From contig BGOI01000005.1 of the NCBI GenBank assembly GCA_003569165.1, forward strand, positions 9,560 to 73,559: a DNA stretch of 64,000 nt, read 5' to 3'. Within the stretch, counting starts at the first letter, position 1; every line of letters starts with the position of its first letter. The notes under the pieces were generated by a model. That model was not told the DNA's origin and did no database searches. It saw only the letters and a program-made list of their open reading frames with translations. This document shows positions 17,500-28,447 of the stretch, piece after piece. This stretch comes from Opitutia bacterium (GTDB taxonomy: Bacteria; Verrucomicrobiota; Verrucomicrobiia; Opitutales; UBA953). Both the position numbers and the translations under genes were made by a program.

Positions 17500-18117
17500 A
17501 TGACCTCCCTCCGTCTCCTCGCGGCCTTCGCCGCCCTCGTCGTTTCGGCCTCTGCCGCCGACGTCAAACTTGAGTCCGCCTTCAACGGCAAGGACCTCGC
17601 CGGCTGGAAGACCTCCGGCCCTGACGCCTTCTGGACCGCCGCTGACGGCGTCCTCACGGGCGTCAACGATCTCGCCTTCAAGGATTACAAGAAGGGCAAT
17701 ATGCTCTACACCGAGAAGTCCTATCAGGACGTCGTCATCGAGTGCGAAGTCCGCTTCAGCGGTGAGATCGACAGTGGTATCATGGTGCGCCGCGATGCCG
17801 CCGGTAAGAAGGATATCCAGATGCAGATTGGCGTCTCCCGCTCCCTGAAGAAGGACATGACCTGCACGTTCTACGTCGGCAAGTATCCCGAAGCCGGCTG
17901 GGCCCCGAAGGTCCCCGCGCTCTGGAAGAACAACGAGTGGAACAAGGTCCGCTTCCAGGCCAAGGGCGACACCTACACCGTCTGGCTCAACGGCGAGCAG
18001 GTCTCGAACTACGTCGACGCCGGTTACCCCATGGCCGCTCCGGTGGGACTCCAGGTGCACGGCGGCGTGAAGATGAAGGTCGAATACCGCAACATCGCCA
18101 TCGGCGAGATCAAGTAA
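17500..18117 (+). CDS. DUF1080 (3-keto-disaccharide hydrolase-like) domain protein, secreted
   Basis: ATG 17500 gives MTSLRLLAAFAALVVSASA. FNGKDLAGWK, DGVLTG, WNKVRFQAKGDTYTVWLNG and LQVHGG..VEYRNIAI fit the DUF1080 pattern. Confidence 0.75.
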   Translation: MTSLRLLAAFAALVVSASAADVKLESAFNGKDLAGWKTSGPDAFWTAADGVLTGVNDLAFKDYKKGNMLYTEKSYQDVVIECEVRFSGEIDSGIMVRRDAAGKKDIQMQIGVSRSLKKDMTCTFYVGKYPEAGWAPKVPALWKNNEWNKVRFQAKGDTYTVWLNGEQVSNYVDAGYPMAAPVGLQVHGGVKMKVEYRNIAIGEIK

Positions 18118-18142
18118 GCTTCGGCTGACTTTCGGTCCGAAA

Positions 18143-18168
18143 GGGCGGGCGCAACCCCGCCCTTTTTT
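18143..18168 (+). terminator. Intrinsic terminator after the DUF1080 gene
   Basis: GGGCGGG-CGCAAC-CCCGCCC followed by TTTTTT. Confidence 0.85.
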
Positions 18169-18362
18169 GTGCATGGTTACCTCAGAAAGATGACAGGCCG
18201 CAGCTTGCTGGCCCATTTAAGGACTGAATCACGCCATTTAAAAATAACTTAAGAGCGAATTACGCCGTATAACACCCCCGTCCCCTTTACAGGGGAAATG
18301 TATATATTTATTCGCAACTTGTCGGACATCTAACTGTCTCAAAGACAACCCCCGACCGACCC

Positions 18363-19694
18363 ATGAAACTCCACCGCAACTGCGAAGGAAATCACCCTGA
18401 TGTTCTCTCGGCTCTCAGCCGTCGCGACTTCATGCATATTGGCATGATCGGCACGCTCGGCCTGAGCCTGCCTAACATGCTGCGCCTGAAGGCGTCGGCG
18501 ATCCCCAGCGTCGAGTCCTTCAACGCGATGGCCGACTCCGTCATCCACATCTACCTGCCCGGCGGCATGGCGCAGCACGAGTCTTGGGATCCGAAGCCCT
18601 TCGCCTCGCCCGACTACCGCGGCCCGTACACGCCGATCAAGACTTCCATCCCCGGCGAATACGTCGGCGAGAAGTTCGTCAACATCGCGAAGATCATGAA
18701 CAAGCTGACCATCGTCCGTTCGATGACGCACGGTGAAGCGGCGCACGAACGCGGTACGCACAACATGTTCACGGGCTACCGCCCGAGCCCCGCGATCAAG
18801 TTCCCGAGCTACGGTTCGGTCATCTCGCACGAGCAGGGCAGCCGCAACAACCTGCCGCCCTACGTCGTCGTCCCGAGCCAGAGCATCCCTGACCAGGGCA
18901 CCGGCTACATGAGCAGCGCCTTCGGTCCGTTCGCGCTCGGTAGCGATCCGGCCGACAAGGGTTTCGCCGTGCGCGACCTCCTCGCCCCGAAGGACGTCAC
19001 CACGCAGCGTTTCGATCGCCGCCGCAGCATGCTCGCCGCCGTCGACGAACACTTCCGTGCCACCGAAAAGTCCGACGCCATCGGCGCCATGGACAGCTTC
19101 CAGCAGGCCGCCTACGGCCTCGTCAGCAGCGCCAAGGCCCGCGAGGCCTTCGACCTCTCCAAGGAGTCCGACAAGCTGCGCGATGAATACGGCCGCAATA
19201 CCGCCGGCCAGCGCTTCCTCCTTGCCCGCCGCCTCGTCGAGGCCGGCGTCCGCATGGTCTCCGTCACCTTCGGCGGCTGGGATCACCACTCGAACATCAA
19301 GAGCGCCTTCGACGGTCAGGCCCCGAGTTTCGACCAAGCTTTCGCCCGCCTCATCACCGACCTCCAGGACCGCGGCATGCTCAAGCGCACGCTCGTCCTC
19401 GTGAGCTCCGAGTTCGGCCGCACGCCGAAGATCAACGGAACCAACGGCCGCGACCACTGGCCGCGCGTCTTCTCCGTCGCCATGGCAGGCGGTGGCATGA
19501 AGGAAGGTTACATCCATGGCGCCTCCGACGCCCTCGGTGGCGAGCCGGACCGCGATGCGGTCGGCCCGGAAGACTTGGCCAAGACCATGTACCGCGTCCT
19601 CGGCATCAACGCCGATAAGCGCATCATGTCGGATGGCGGCCGTCCGATCGACATCGTCAACGGCGGTCGCATCATGACCGACTGGTTGGCCTGA
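18363..19694 (+). CDS. DUF1501 domain protein, Tat-exported (operon gene 1)
   Basis: 443 aa. Twin-arginine leader SRRDFMHIG. GGMAQHESWDPKP, GGWDHH, SSEFGRTPKING..GRDHW. Confidence 0.85.
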   Translation: MKLHRNCEGNHPDVLSALSRRDFMHIGMIGTLGLSLPNMLRLKASAIPSVESFNAMADSVIHIYLPGGMAQHESWDPKPFASPDYRGPYTPIKTSIPGEYVGEKFVNIAKIMNKLTIVRSMTHGEAAHERGTHNMFTGYRPSPAIKFPSYGSVISHEQGSRNNLPPYVVVPSQSIPDQGTGYMSSAFGPFALGSDPADKGFAVRDLLAPKDVTTQRFDRRRSMLAAVDEHFRATEKSDAIGAMDSFQQAAYGLVSSAKAREAFDLSKESDKLRDEYGRNTAGQRFLLARRLVEAGVRMVSVTFGGWDHHSNIKSAFDGQAPSFDQAFARLITDLQDRGMLKRTLVLVSSEFGRTPKINGTNGRDHWPRVFSVAMAGGGMKEGYIHGASDALGGEPDRDAVGPEDLAKTMYRVLGINADKRIMSDGGRPIDIVNGGRIMTDWLA

Positions 19695-19765
19695 ACCGGC
19701 GCCTGAACCCCCATCCGCCCACCTGTCGGTGCGGCGGGCGGGCTGCGCCCCGCTGAAACGTTTTT

Positions 19766-22204
19766 ATGAAGTTCCGTCACCTTGCCGCGCTCCTAATCGC
19801 CCCGCTCGTCGCTTGGGCGGCTTACCCCAGCATGACCTCGCTGAAGCCGCACGGCGGCCAGATCGGTGCTGACGTCAAGCTGACGATCAGCGGGGCCCAA
19901 CTCGATGATTTCGAGGACCTCATGTTCTACACCCCTGGCTTCAAGGTGAAGAGCGTCGAGAGCCGCGCCAGCAACAAGGTGGAACTGACGCTCTCGATCG
20001 ATAAGTCCGTCCGCGCCGGCAACCACGTCATGCGCGTGCGCACGAAGTCTGGCATCTCGCATATGCGCCAGTTCTTCGCGAGCCCCTTCGCGAACGTTGA
20101 GGAGAAGGAGCCCAACACCGAGTTCGCCACGGCCCAGCCGATTGCGCTCAACCAGACGATCGAAGGTGTGATCCTCGCCGAGGACGTCGATTACTACAAG
20201 GTCGCGGTCAAGAAGGGTCAGCGCATCGGCGTCCAGGTCGACGGCCTTCGCCTCGCCGCTATTCCCAACGGCGCGCTCGATCCGTACATCGCCATCCTCG
20301 ACAAGGACAAGTTCGAGAAGGCCTTCTCCGACGACACGATTCTGCACCGCCAGGACGGCTATTGTTCCTTCACCGCGGAATACGACGGCGATTACTACGT
20401 GATGGTCCGCGAATCTTCCTACCGCGGTTCCGCTAATTCTTACTACCGACTCCACGTCGGCGATTTCCGTCGCCCTGACGCGATTTACCCCGCCGGTGGC
20501 AAGCTCGGCTCCAAGCTCAACGTGCGTTTCCTCGAGGCACGCGATTCCTTCGCGGAGGAACTCGTCCTGCCGACGGAGAATGACGCCGAGTTCGTCCTTT
20601 ACCCGAAGTCCCAGTCGCCCGCGCCTTCCGGCAACCTCTTCCGCCTCTCGACCATCGATAATACCCTCGAGGCTGAGCCGAACGAGTCGTTCGAGAAGGG
20701 CACCCTCGCCGTCGAGGCCTCGGCTTACGCCCTTAACGGCATCATCGAGAAGCCCGGCGACGTCGATTGTTTCCGCGTCCCCCTCAAGAAGGGCCAGGTC
20801 TTCGAATGCCGCGCCCTCGCCCAGATTCTCGGTTCGCCCCTCGATCCGATCGTTAATATCTACTCCCCTAAGGGCGCTTCGCTCGTCGGCAATGACGACG
20901 GCGGAGGTATGCGCCGCCTGGATTCCCGCTTTAAGATCACCGCTTCGGTCGACGGCGTCTACACGGTCCGCATCGCCGACCACTTGGAGCGTGGCGGAGC
21001 TAACTTCGTGTACCGCATCGAGATGGTGGCCTCGCAGCCGAGCCTGACGTTCGCCTCGCCGGACTACACCGTGAACGATACCAACTACCGACAGTTCATG
21101 GCCGTGCCCAAGGGTGGCCGCATGGTGCTGCTCGAGAACTTCACCCGCAACGGCGTCGGCGGTGACTACCGCTTTGAACTCAAGGATCTTCCGGCTGGCG
21201 TGAAGCTGCTCGAAGATGCCGCGCCAGGTGACCTCCCTGGCGTGCCGCTCGTACTCGAGGCCGCCGCGGATGCCCCTCATGGCGGCGCCATCGTCACGCC
21301 TCTCCTCCAGCCGAAGGATCCCAAGAACCAGATCGTCGGCCAGATGCGTCGCACCTATGACATCGTGCGCATTGGTAATACCATCTACTATCAGGGCCTC
21401 GAAGACCAACTGCCGGTCGCCGTCGTGGATGAGGCGCCTTACTCCCTGGAGATTCAGAAGCCCGAAACCCCGCTCGTCCGTAATGGCGTCTTCAATCTCA
21501 AGGTGATCGCCAAGCGTAAGGAAGGTTTCAAGGGAGCCATCCGCGTCTTCATGTGCTGGACGCCTCCGGGCGTCTCCTCGCTCGGCGAGCAGACCATCGC
21601 CGCTGACGCCACCGAGTGCGTCTTCCAGCTTAACGCCAACGCCAACGTCGACACGAAGCCGTGGAAGTTCGTCGTGCAAGGCGAGGCCACTGCCGGTAAG
21701 GGTAACGTGTACAACGCTTCGCCGTTCGCCGAACTGGCGACCGAGGCCCCCTATGTCGCCGCCAACGGCATTCCCCTCACCGCGCTCGAGGTCGGCACGC
21801 CCGGTGTGATGGCAACCAACTTCGAGGTGACCCGTCCCTTCGAAGGCGAGGCCGTCGCCCAACTCGTCGGCGCCCCCGATACGATTCGCATCGCACCCAT
21901 CAAGGTGACGAAGGACACCAAGGAACTACGCTTCACCGTCGAGACCGACGAAAAATCCCGCATCGGCAAGACCGCCGGCATGTTCGTCCAGGTCGATATC
22001 CCGGTCGGTAAGGGCTTCGCCACGCACCGCATCGCGCTCGGTTCGATCCTGCGCCTTGACGCAGCCCGTAAAGCTGCGCCCGCGCCGGTCGCCAAGGCGG
22101 CCACGCCGTCCGCCGCCAAGGTTGCTGCCCCGGTGGCCGCCGCTCCAGCCGCCCTTTCTCGTCTCGAACAGCTCCGTCAGAAGAACGAAGCCCCCAAGAA
22201 CTGA
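19766..22204 (+). CDS. Secreted protein with two pre-peptidase C-terminal (PPC)-like domains (operon gene 2)
   Basis: 812 aa. Signal peptide. Two modules starting EKEPNTEFATAQPI / EAEPNESFEKGT with DVDYYKV / DVDCFRV and YYRLHV / VYRIEM ends. Ala/Pro-rich C-terminus. Confidence 0.6.
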   Translation: MKFRHLAALLIAPLVAWAAYPSMTSLKPHGGQIGADVKLTISGAQLDDFEDLMFYTPGFKVKSVESRASNKVELTLSIDKSVRAGNHVMRVRTKSGISHMRQFFASPFANVEEKEPNTEFATAQPIALNQTIEGVILAEDVDYYKVAVKKGQRIGVQVDGLRLAAIPNGALDPYIAILDKDKFEKAFSDDTILHRQDGYCSFTAEYDGDYYVMVRESSYRGSANSYYRLHVGDFRRPDAIYPAGGKLGSKLNVRFLEARDSFAEELVLPTENDAEFVLYPKSQSPAPSGNLFRLSTIDNTLEAEPNESFEKGTLAVEASAYALNGIIEKPGDVDCFRVPLKKGQVFECRALAQILGSPLDPIVNIYSPKGASLVGNDDGGGMRRLDSRFKITASVDGVYTVRIADHLERGGANFVYRIEMVASQPSLTFASPDYTVNDTNYRQFMAVPKGGRMVLLENFTRNGVGGDYRFELKDLPAGVKLLEDAAPGDLPGVPLVLEAAADAPHGGAIVTPLLQPKDPKNQIVGQMRRTYDIVRIGNTIYYQGLEDQLPVAVVDEAPYSLEIQKPETPLVRNGVFNLKVIAKRKEGFKGAIRVFMCWTPPGVSSLGEQTIAADATECVFQLNANANVDTKPWKFVVQGEATAGKGNVYNASPFAELATEAPYVAANGIPLTALEVGTPGVMATNFEVTRPFEGEAVAQLVGAPDTIRIAPIKVTKDTKELRFTVETDEKSRIGKTAGMFVQVDIPVGKGFATHRIALGSILRLDAARKAAPAPVAKAATPSAAKVAAPVAAAPAALSRLEQLRQKNEAPKN

Positions 22205-22213
22205 TTTCCTGCC

Positions 22214-25027
<2,814 letters not shown>

Positions 25028-25040
25028 TCTTTTCGTTCGC

Positions 25041-28000
25041 ATGTCCGCCGCCTTCCCTCATTTTCGTTGGCTGACCCGTCGTTGCCTTATCTTGGCGGCG
25101 GGGTTGGTCTCTGCCGCCTCCTGGGCGCAGGAGAACGAGAAACTCACTTACGACGACCACATCCGGCCGATGCTCGAGAACAAGTGCTTCTCCTGCCATA
25201 ATCCTGATAAGAAGAAGGGCGGCCTCGAACTCACCAGTTATGCTGGTCTCATGAACGGCGGCAGTGGCGGCGCGGTCGTTGACGCGGGTAATCCTTCCGG
25301 TAGCCGACTCTGGACCTGTAGCACGAAGAAGGAAGAGCCTTTCATGCCGCCGGAAGGCGCACCGCTCGAACCTAAGGATCTCGCGATGCTCTCCAAGTGG
25401 ATCGAGGGCGGCGTACTCCAGGCCAAGGGCAGCGTGGCCAAGGCTTCCAATAAGCCTAAGGTCGACCTTTCTTTCGCTGGCGGCGCCGGTAAGCCCACCG
25501 GCGCGGTGGCCCGTCCCGAAAACGTGTTGCTCGAGCCCGTCATCGTGACGCCGCGTACTTCCGCGGTCATCGCCATGGCGGCGAGCCCGTGGACTTCACT
25601 CCTCGCCGTCGCCGGACAGAAGCAGATTCTCCTCTACGACACCGACTCGCACGACCTCGCAGGCATCTTGCCCTATGCTGAAGGTTATGCCCGCTCGCTG
25701 AAATTCAGCGCCAACGGCTCACTGCTCATCATGGGCGGCGGTCGCGGTGGCAAAATCGGCCACGCCATCGTCTGGGACGTCAAAACGGGTAAGCGTGTTA
25801 CCGAGATTGGCAAAGAGTTCGACCAGGTGATGTCGGCCGACATCTCGCCGGACCATGGCAAGGTCGTCCTCGCTACCAACACCAAGAAGGTGAAGTGCTT
25901 CGACGTCGCTACGGGCGAGCAGCTCTACCTAATCGCCAAGCACACCGAGTGGGTGACCGGCGCCGACTTCAGTCCGGACGGCATCCTGCTCGCGACCTCT
26001 GACCGCAACGGCAACGTCTATGTCTGGGAAGCCGATAACGGCGGCGAATTCTACAATCTCGGTCAGCATAAGGGCAGCGTCACCGACCTCGCTTGGCGCG
26101 CCGACTCCAATATCCTCGCCAGCTGTTCTGCGGACGGGATCATCACCACTTGGGAGATGAAGACCGGCAAGCAGGTCGCCACTTGGGGTGCCCATGGCGG
26201 CAACGTGCAGTCTGTCTCCTTCTTGCCTGACGGCCGCCTGATTTCGTGCGGAGCCGACGGTACCACCGCCATGTGGAGCGTCGACGGTAAGCGACTCGAG
26301 CATGCTCAGGGGATCAAACAGGCTGACCAAGTTGCCAAGGTCGTCGGACTCCACGACTCCAAGACCTTCGTCTCCAGCAACTGGTTGGGTGAGGTCCGTT
26401 TCTTCGAGACCGCAACCGGTCGCGAGATCATCCAGGTCTCCAGCAATCCTGTTAAGATCTCCGACCGCATGGTCGCACTCGAGAAGCGCCTGAGCGAACT
26501 CGAGCCGGTGCTCGCGCCCTCCGAGGCTGCTGCGAAGGTCGCTGAAGCCAAGATTCCTGCCGCCGAAGCCGTTTTGGCTAAGCTTAAAGCCGAAGGCGAA
26601 CCCGCTTCGAAGAAGCTCGCTGAACATGAGGCCAAGAACACTGAGGTCACCAACGGCCTCAAGTACTGGCAGGGTATGAGGACCAAGGCGAAGACTGCTG
26701 CGGAAACGGCGACCGCCGCCAAGGGGATTGCCGACTGCCGCAGCGGCCTGACTTATCACGGCCAAGAAATCGCCAAACTGAAGCCCGCCGCCGGTGCGTT
26801 CCGCGCCGCCGAAGCGGAGGTTGCTAAAGTCCGGACCGAACTCGCCTCCGCCCAGGCCAAGGCGCGCGATGTCGCCGCTGAGATCGCCGCCCATCGCGAA
26901 CGCATCGTCTCCCTTAAGGCCGCCCAGTTCAATGTCGGCGTCCTTACCGAGCAGGATAAGCTGGCCAAGCTCGAGCAGGATATCGCCGACCTCGTGGCCG
27001 CCAAGGCTGAGAACGAGGCCGCTAAGGTGACCGCCGCAGCCCGCATTGAATCGTCAAAGAAGACTGCTGCCCAGAACGAGCAGCTGATTCCGAAGCAGCA
27101 GGCGGAGCTCGAAGCGCTCAAAGCCGAATTCACCGCGCTCGACAAGACCCTGTCGCCATTGCGCCTGAGTGAAGCTGAAGCCCTCGGCAAGATTGAGGCC
27201 CAGCAGAAGCTCATCGACGCTCAGTCCGAGGCCATCGTGCGCCTAGGCCAGGATCGCGACGCCATCGTGGCCGTCGCCACCGCCGCTGCCGCCGCTTACC
27301 GCGATCAATATACCACGCCGCTCCGCGCCCGCCTCACCGAGGCCACCGCCAAGGTCGACGAACTGAAGAAGGTCGCCGACACCGCAAAGGTCGCCGCTAC
27401 CAAGGCGAAGGCCGCCGTCGCGGACGCAGTTTCGAAATCGAAGGGGCTCGCTCTCTCCTCCGTCAAGGCCGCCGATGAGGCTAAGCAGGCCGGGGTGAAC
27501 CTCGCCGCGGCCGATAAAGCCTTCGGCGAAGCCCGCACTTTCGGTGCCGTCTTCTCCTTTAGCTACTTCTCTCGCAAGAAGCAGACCGAGCAGCAGGTCA
27601 CCGAGGCCAAGATCGCGCATGCGAAGGCCAAGGCAAGGCAGGGCATCGCCGACCAGGAGCTCGTTGCGGCCAAGTCCGTCGAGCAGACCCTCCTCGCCAC
27701 GCAGGCCGCCGCTGATGCCGCGGTCGTCGCCGCTGACAACGCGGTCGCGCCCGCCGGTGTCGCCGTGGCCGCTATCGCCAAGGAGCGTTCGATGCATCTC
27801 GCCGAACGCGAGAAGCTCGCCGCCCCCGGCGTCGCCGCCGAGAAGGATTACGCCGCTAAGCTGCCCGCTCTCCAGGCTTCCGTACAGAAGGCCAAGGAGG
27901 GTCTCCCGGTGCTCGAGAAGGCGCTTGTCGCCGTCCGGGTCCAGTTGACCGAAGCCGGCAAGCCCGTCGAGGCTAAGCGTCTCCTCGTGGATGCCGCCGC

Positions 28001-28217
28001 GAAGACCCTCGAGCTCACCAAGAGCGAGAAGGCCAACGCTGAGAAGGCGCTCGCCGCCGCCCAGAAGGATATCCCGCAGCGCGACAAGAACCTCGAGGAG
28101 ATCGCCCAGTCTTACGCCGAACTCACCCCGCAGGTCGAACCGATGAAGGCCAAGGTCAAGGCCGCGCAGGAGCAGTATTTTGCGATGCTGCCCAAGCGTG
28201 AAGTCGCGAAGAAGTGA
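25041..28217 (+). CDS. PSCyt1 cytochrome-c-like domain + WD40 beta-propeller + ~590-aa Ala/Lys/Glu-rich helical region (operon gene 4)
   Basis: 1058 aa. Signal peptide. CFSCHNPDKKKGG. WD40-like blades (GHAIVWDVKTGK, SDRNGNVYVWEA, SADGIITTWEMKTGK, GADGTTAMWSVDG). From about residue 475 (nt 26463) the sequence is low-complexity helical. Confidence 0.8.
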   Translation: MSAAFPHFRWLTRRCLILAAGLVSAASWAQENEKLTYDDHIRPMLENKCFSCHNPDKKKGGLELTSYAGLMNGGSGGAVVDAGNPSGSRLWTCSTKKEEPFMPPEGAPLEPKDLAMLSKWIEGGVLQAKGSVAKASNKPKVDLSFAGGAGKPTGAVARPENVLLEPVIVTPRTSAVIAMAASPWTSLLAVAGQKQILLYDTDSHDLAGILPYAEGYARSLKFSANGSLLIMGGGRGGKIGHAIVWDVKTGKRVTEIGKEFDQVMSADISPDHGKVVLATNTKKVKCFDVATGEQLYLIAKHTEWVTGADFSPDGILLATSDRNGNVYVWEADNGGEFYNLGQHKGSVTDLAWRADSNILASCSADGIITTWEMKTGKQVATWGAHGGNVQSVSFLPDGRLISCGADGTTAMWSVDGKRLEHAQGIKQADQVAKVVGLHDSKTFVSSNWLGEVRFFETATGREIIQVSSNPVKISDRMVALEKRLSELEPVLAPSEAAAKVAEAKIPAAEAVLAKLKAEGEPASKKLAEHEAKNTEVTNGLKYWQGMRTKAKTAAETATAAKGIADCRSGLTYHGQEIAKLKPAAGAFRAAEAEVAKVRTELASAQAKARDVAAEIAAHRERIVSLKAAQFNVGVLTEQDKLAKLEQDIADLVAAKAENEAAKVTAAARIESSKKTAAQNEQLIPKQQAELEALKAEFTALDKTLSPLRLSEAEALGKIEAQQKLIDAQSEAIVRLGQDRDAIVAVATAAAAAYRDQYTTPLRARLTEATAKVDELKKVADTAKVAATKAKAAVADAVSKSKGLALSSVKAADEAKQAGVNLAAADKAFGEARTFGAVFSFSYFSRKKQTEQQVTEAKIAHAKAKARQGIADQELVAAKSVEQTLLATQAAADAAVVAADNAVAPAGVAVAAIAKERSMHLAEREKLAAPGVAAEKDYAAKLPALQASVQKAKEGLPVLEKALVAVRVQLTEAGKPVEAKRLLVDAAAKTLELTKSEKANAEKALAAAQKDIPQRDKNLEEIAQSYAELTPQVEPMKAKVKAAQEQYFAMLPKREVAKK

Positions 28218-28221
28218 TGAA

Positions 28222-28440
28222 GGGTAGGGTTAGGGGTAGGGGTTGGGGTAGGTAATATTGGCAGGGACAGCACCACGTGCTGTCCTTGCTTGTTTGGGTA
28301 GGGTCGGGACCGCGTCACGACATAGCCTTTCGTTTCGGGTGGCGGGTGGCAGCCCCGGGTGGCAGGTGGCGGGAATAGTTTGAGCAGGGAAGGGTGGTTT
28401 GACTCAACCACCCCCAACCCCTACCCCTATCCCTACCCCT
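28222..28440. repeat. Composite repeat block: G, A4 hairpin, A3, E, inverted G
   Basis: GGGTAGGGTTAGGGGTAGGGGTTGGGGTAGG (28222-28252). GGACAGCACCACGTGCTGTCC (28265-28285). GTAGGGTCGGGACCGCGTCACGACATAG (28298-28325). GGGTGGCGGGTGGCAGCCCCGGGTGGCAGGTGGCGGG (28337-28373). CCACCCCCAACCCCTACCCCTATCCCTACCCC (28408-28440). Confidence 0.85.
28265..28295 (+). terminator. Likely intrinsic terminator of the four-gene operon (the A4 repeat hairpin)
   Basis: GGACAGCAC-CAC-GTGCTGTCC followed by TTGCTTGTTT, 48 nt after the stop at 28217. Confidence 0.6.
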
Positions 28441-28447
28441 GATAACA

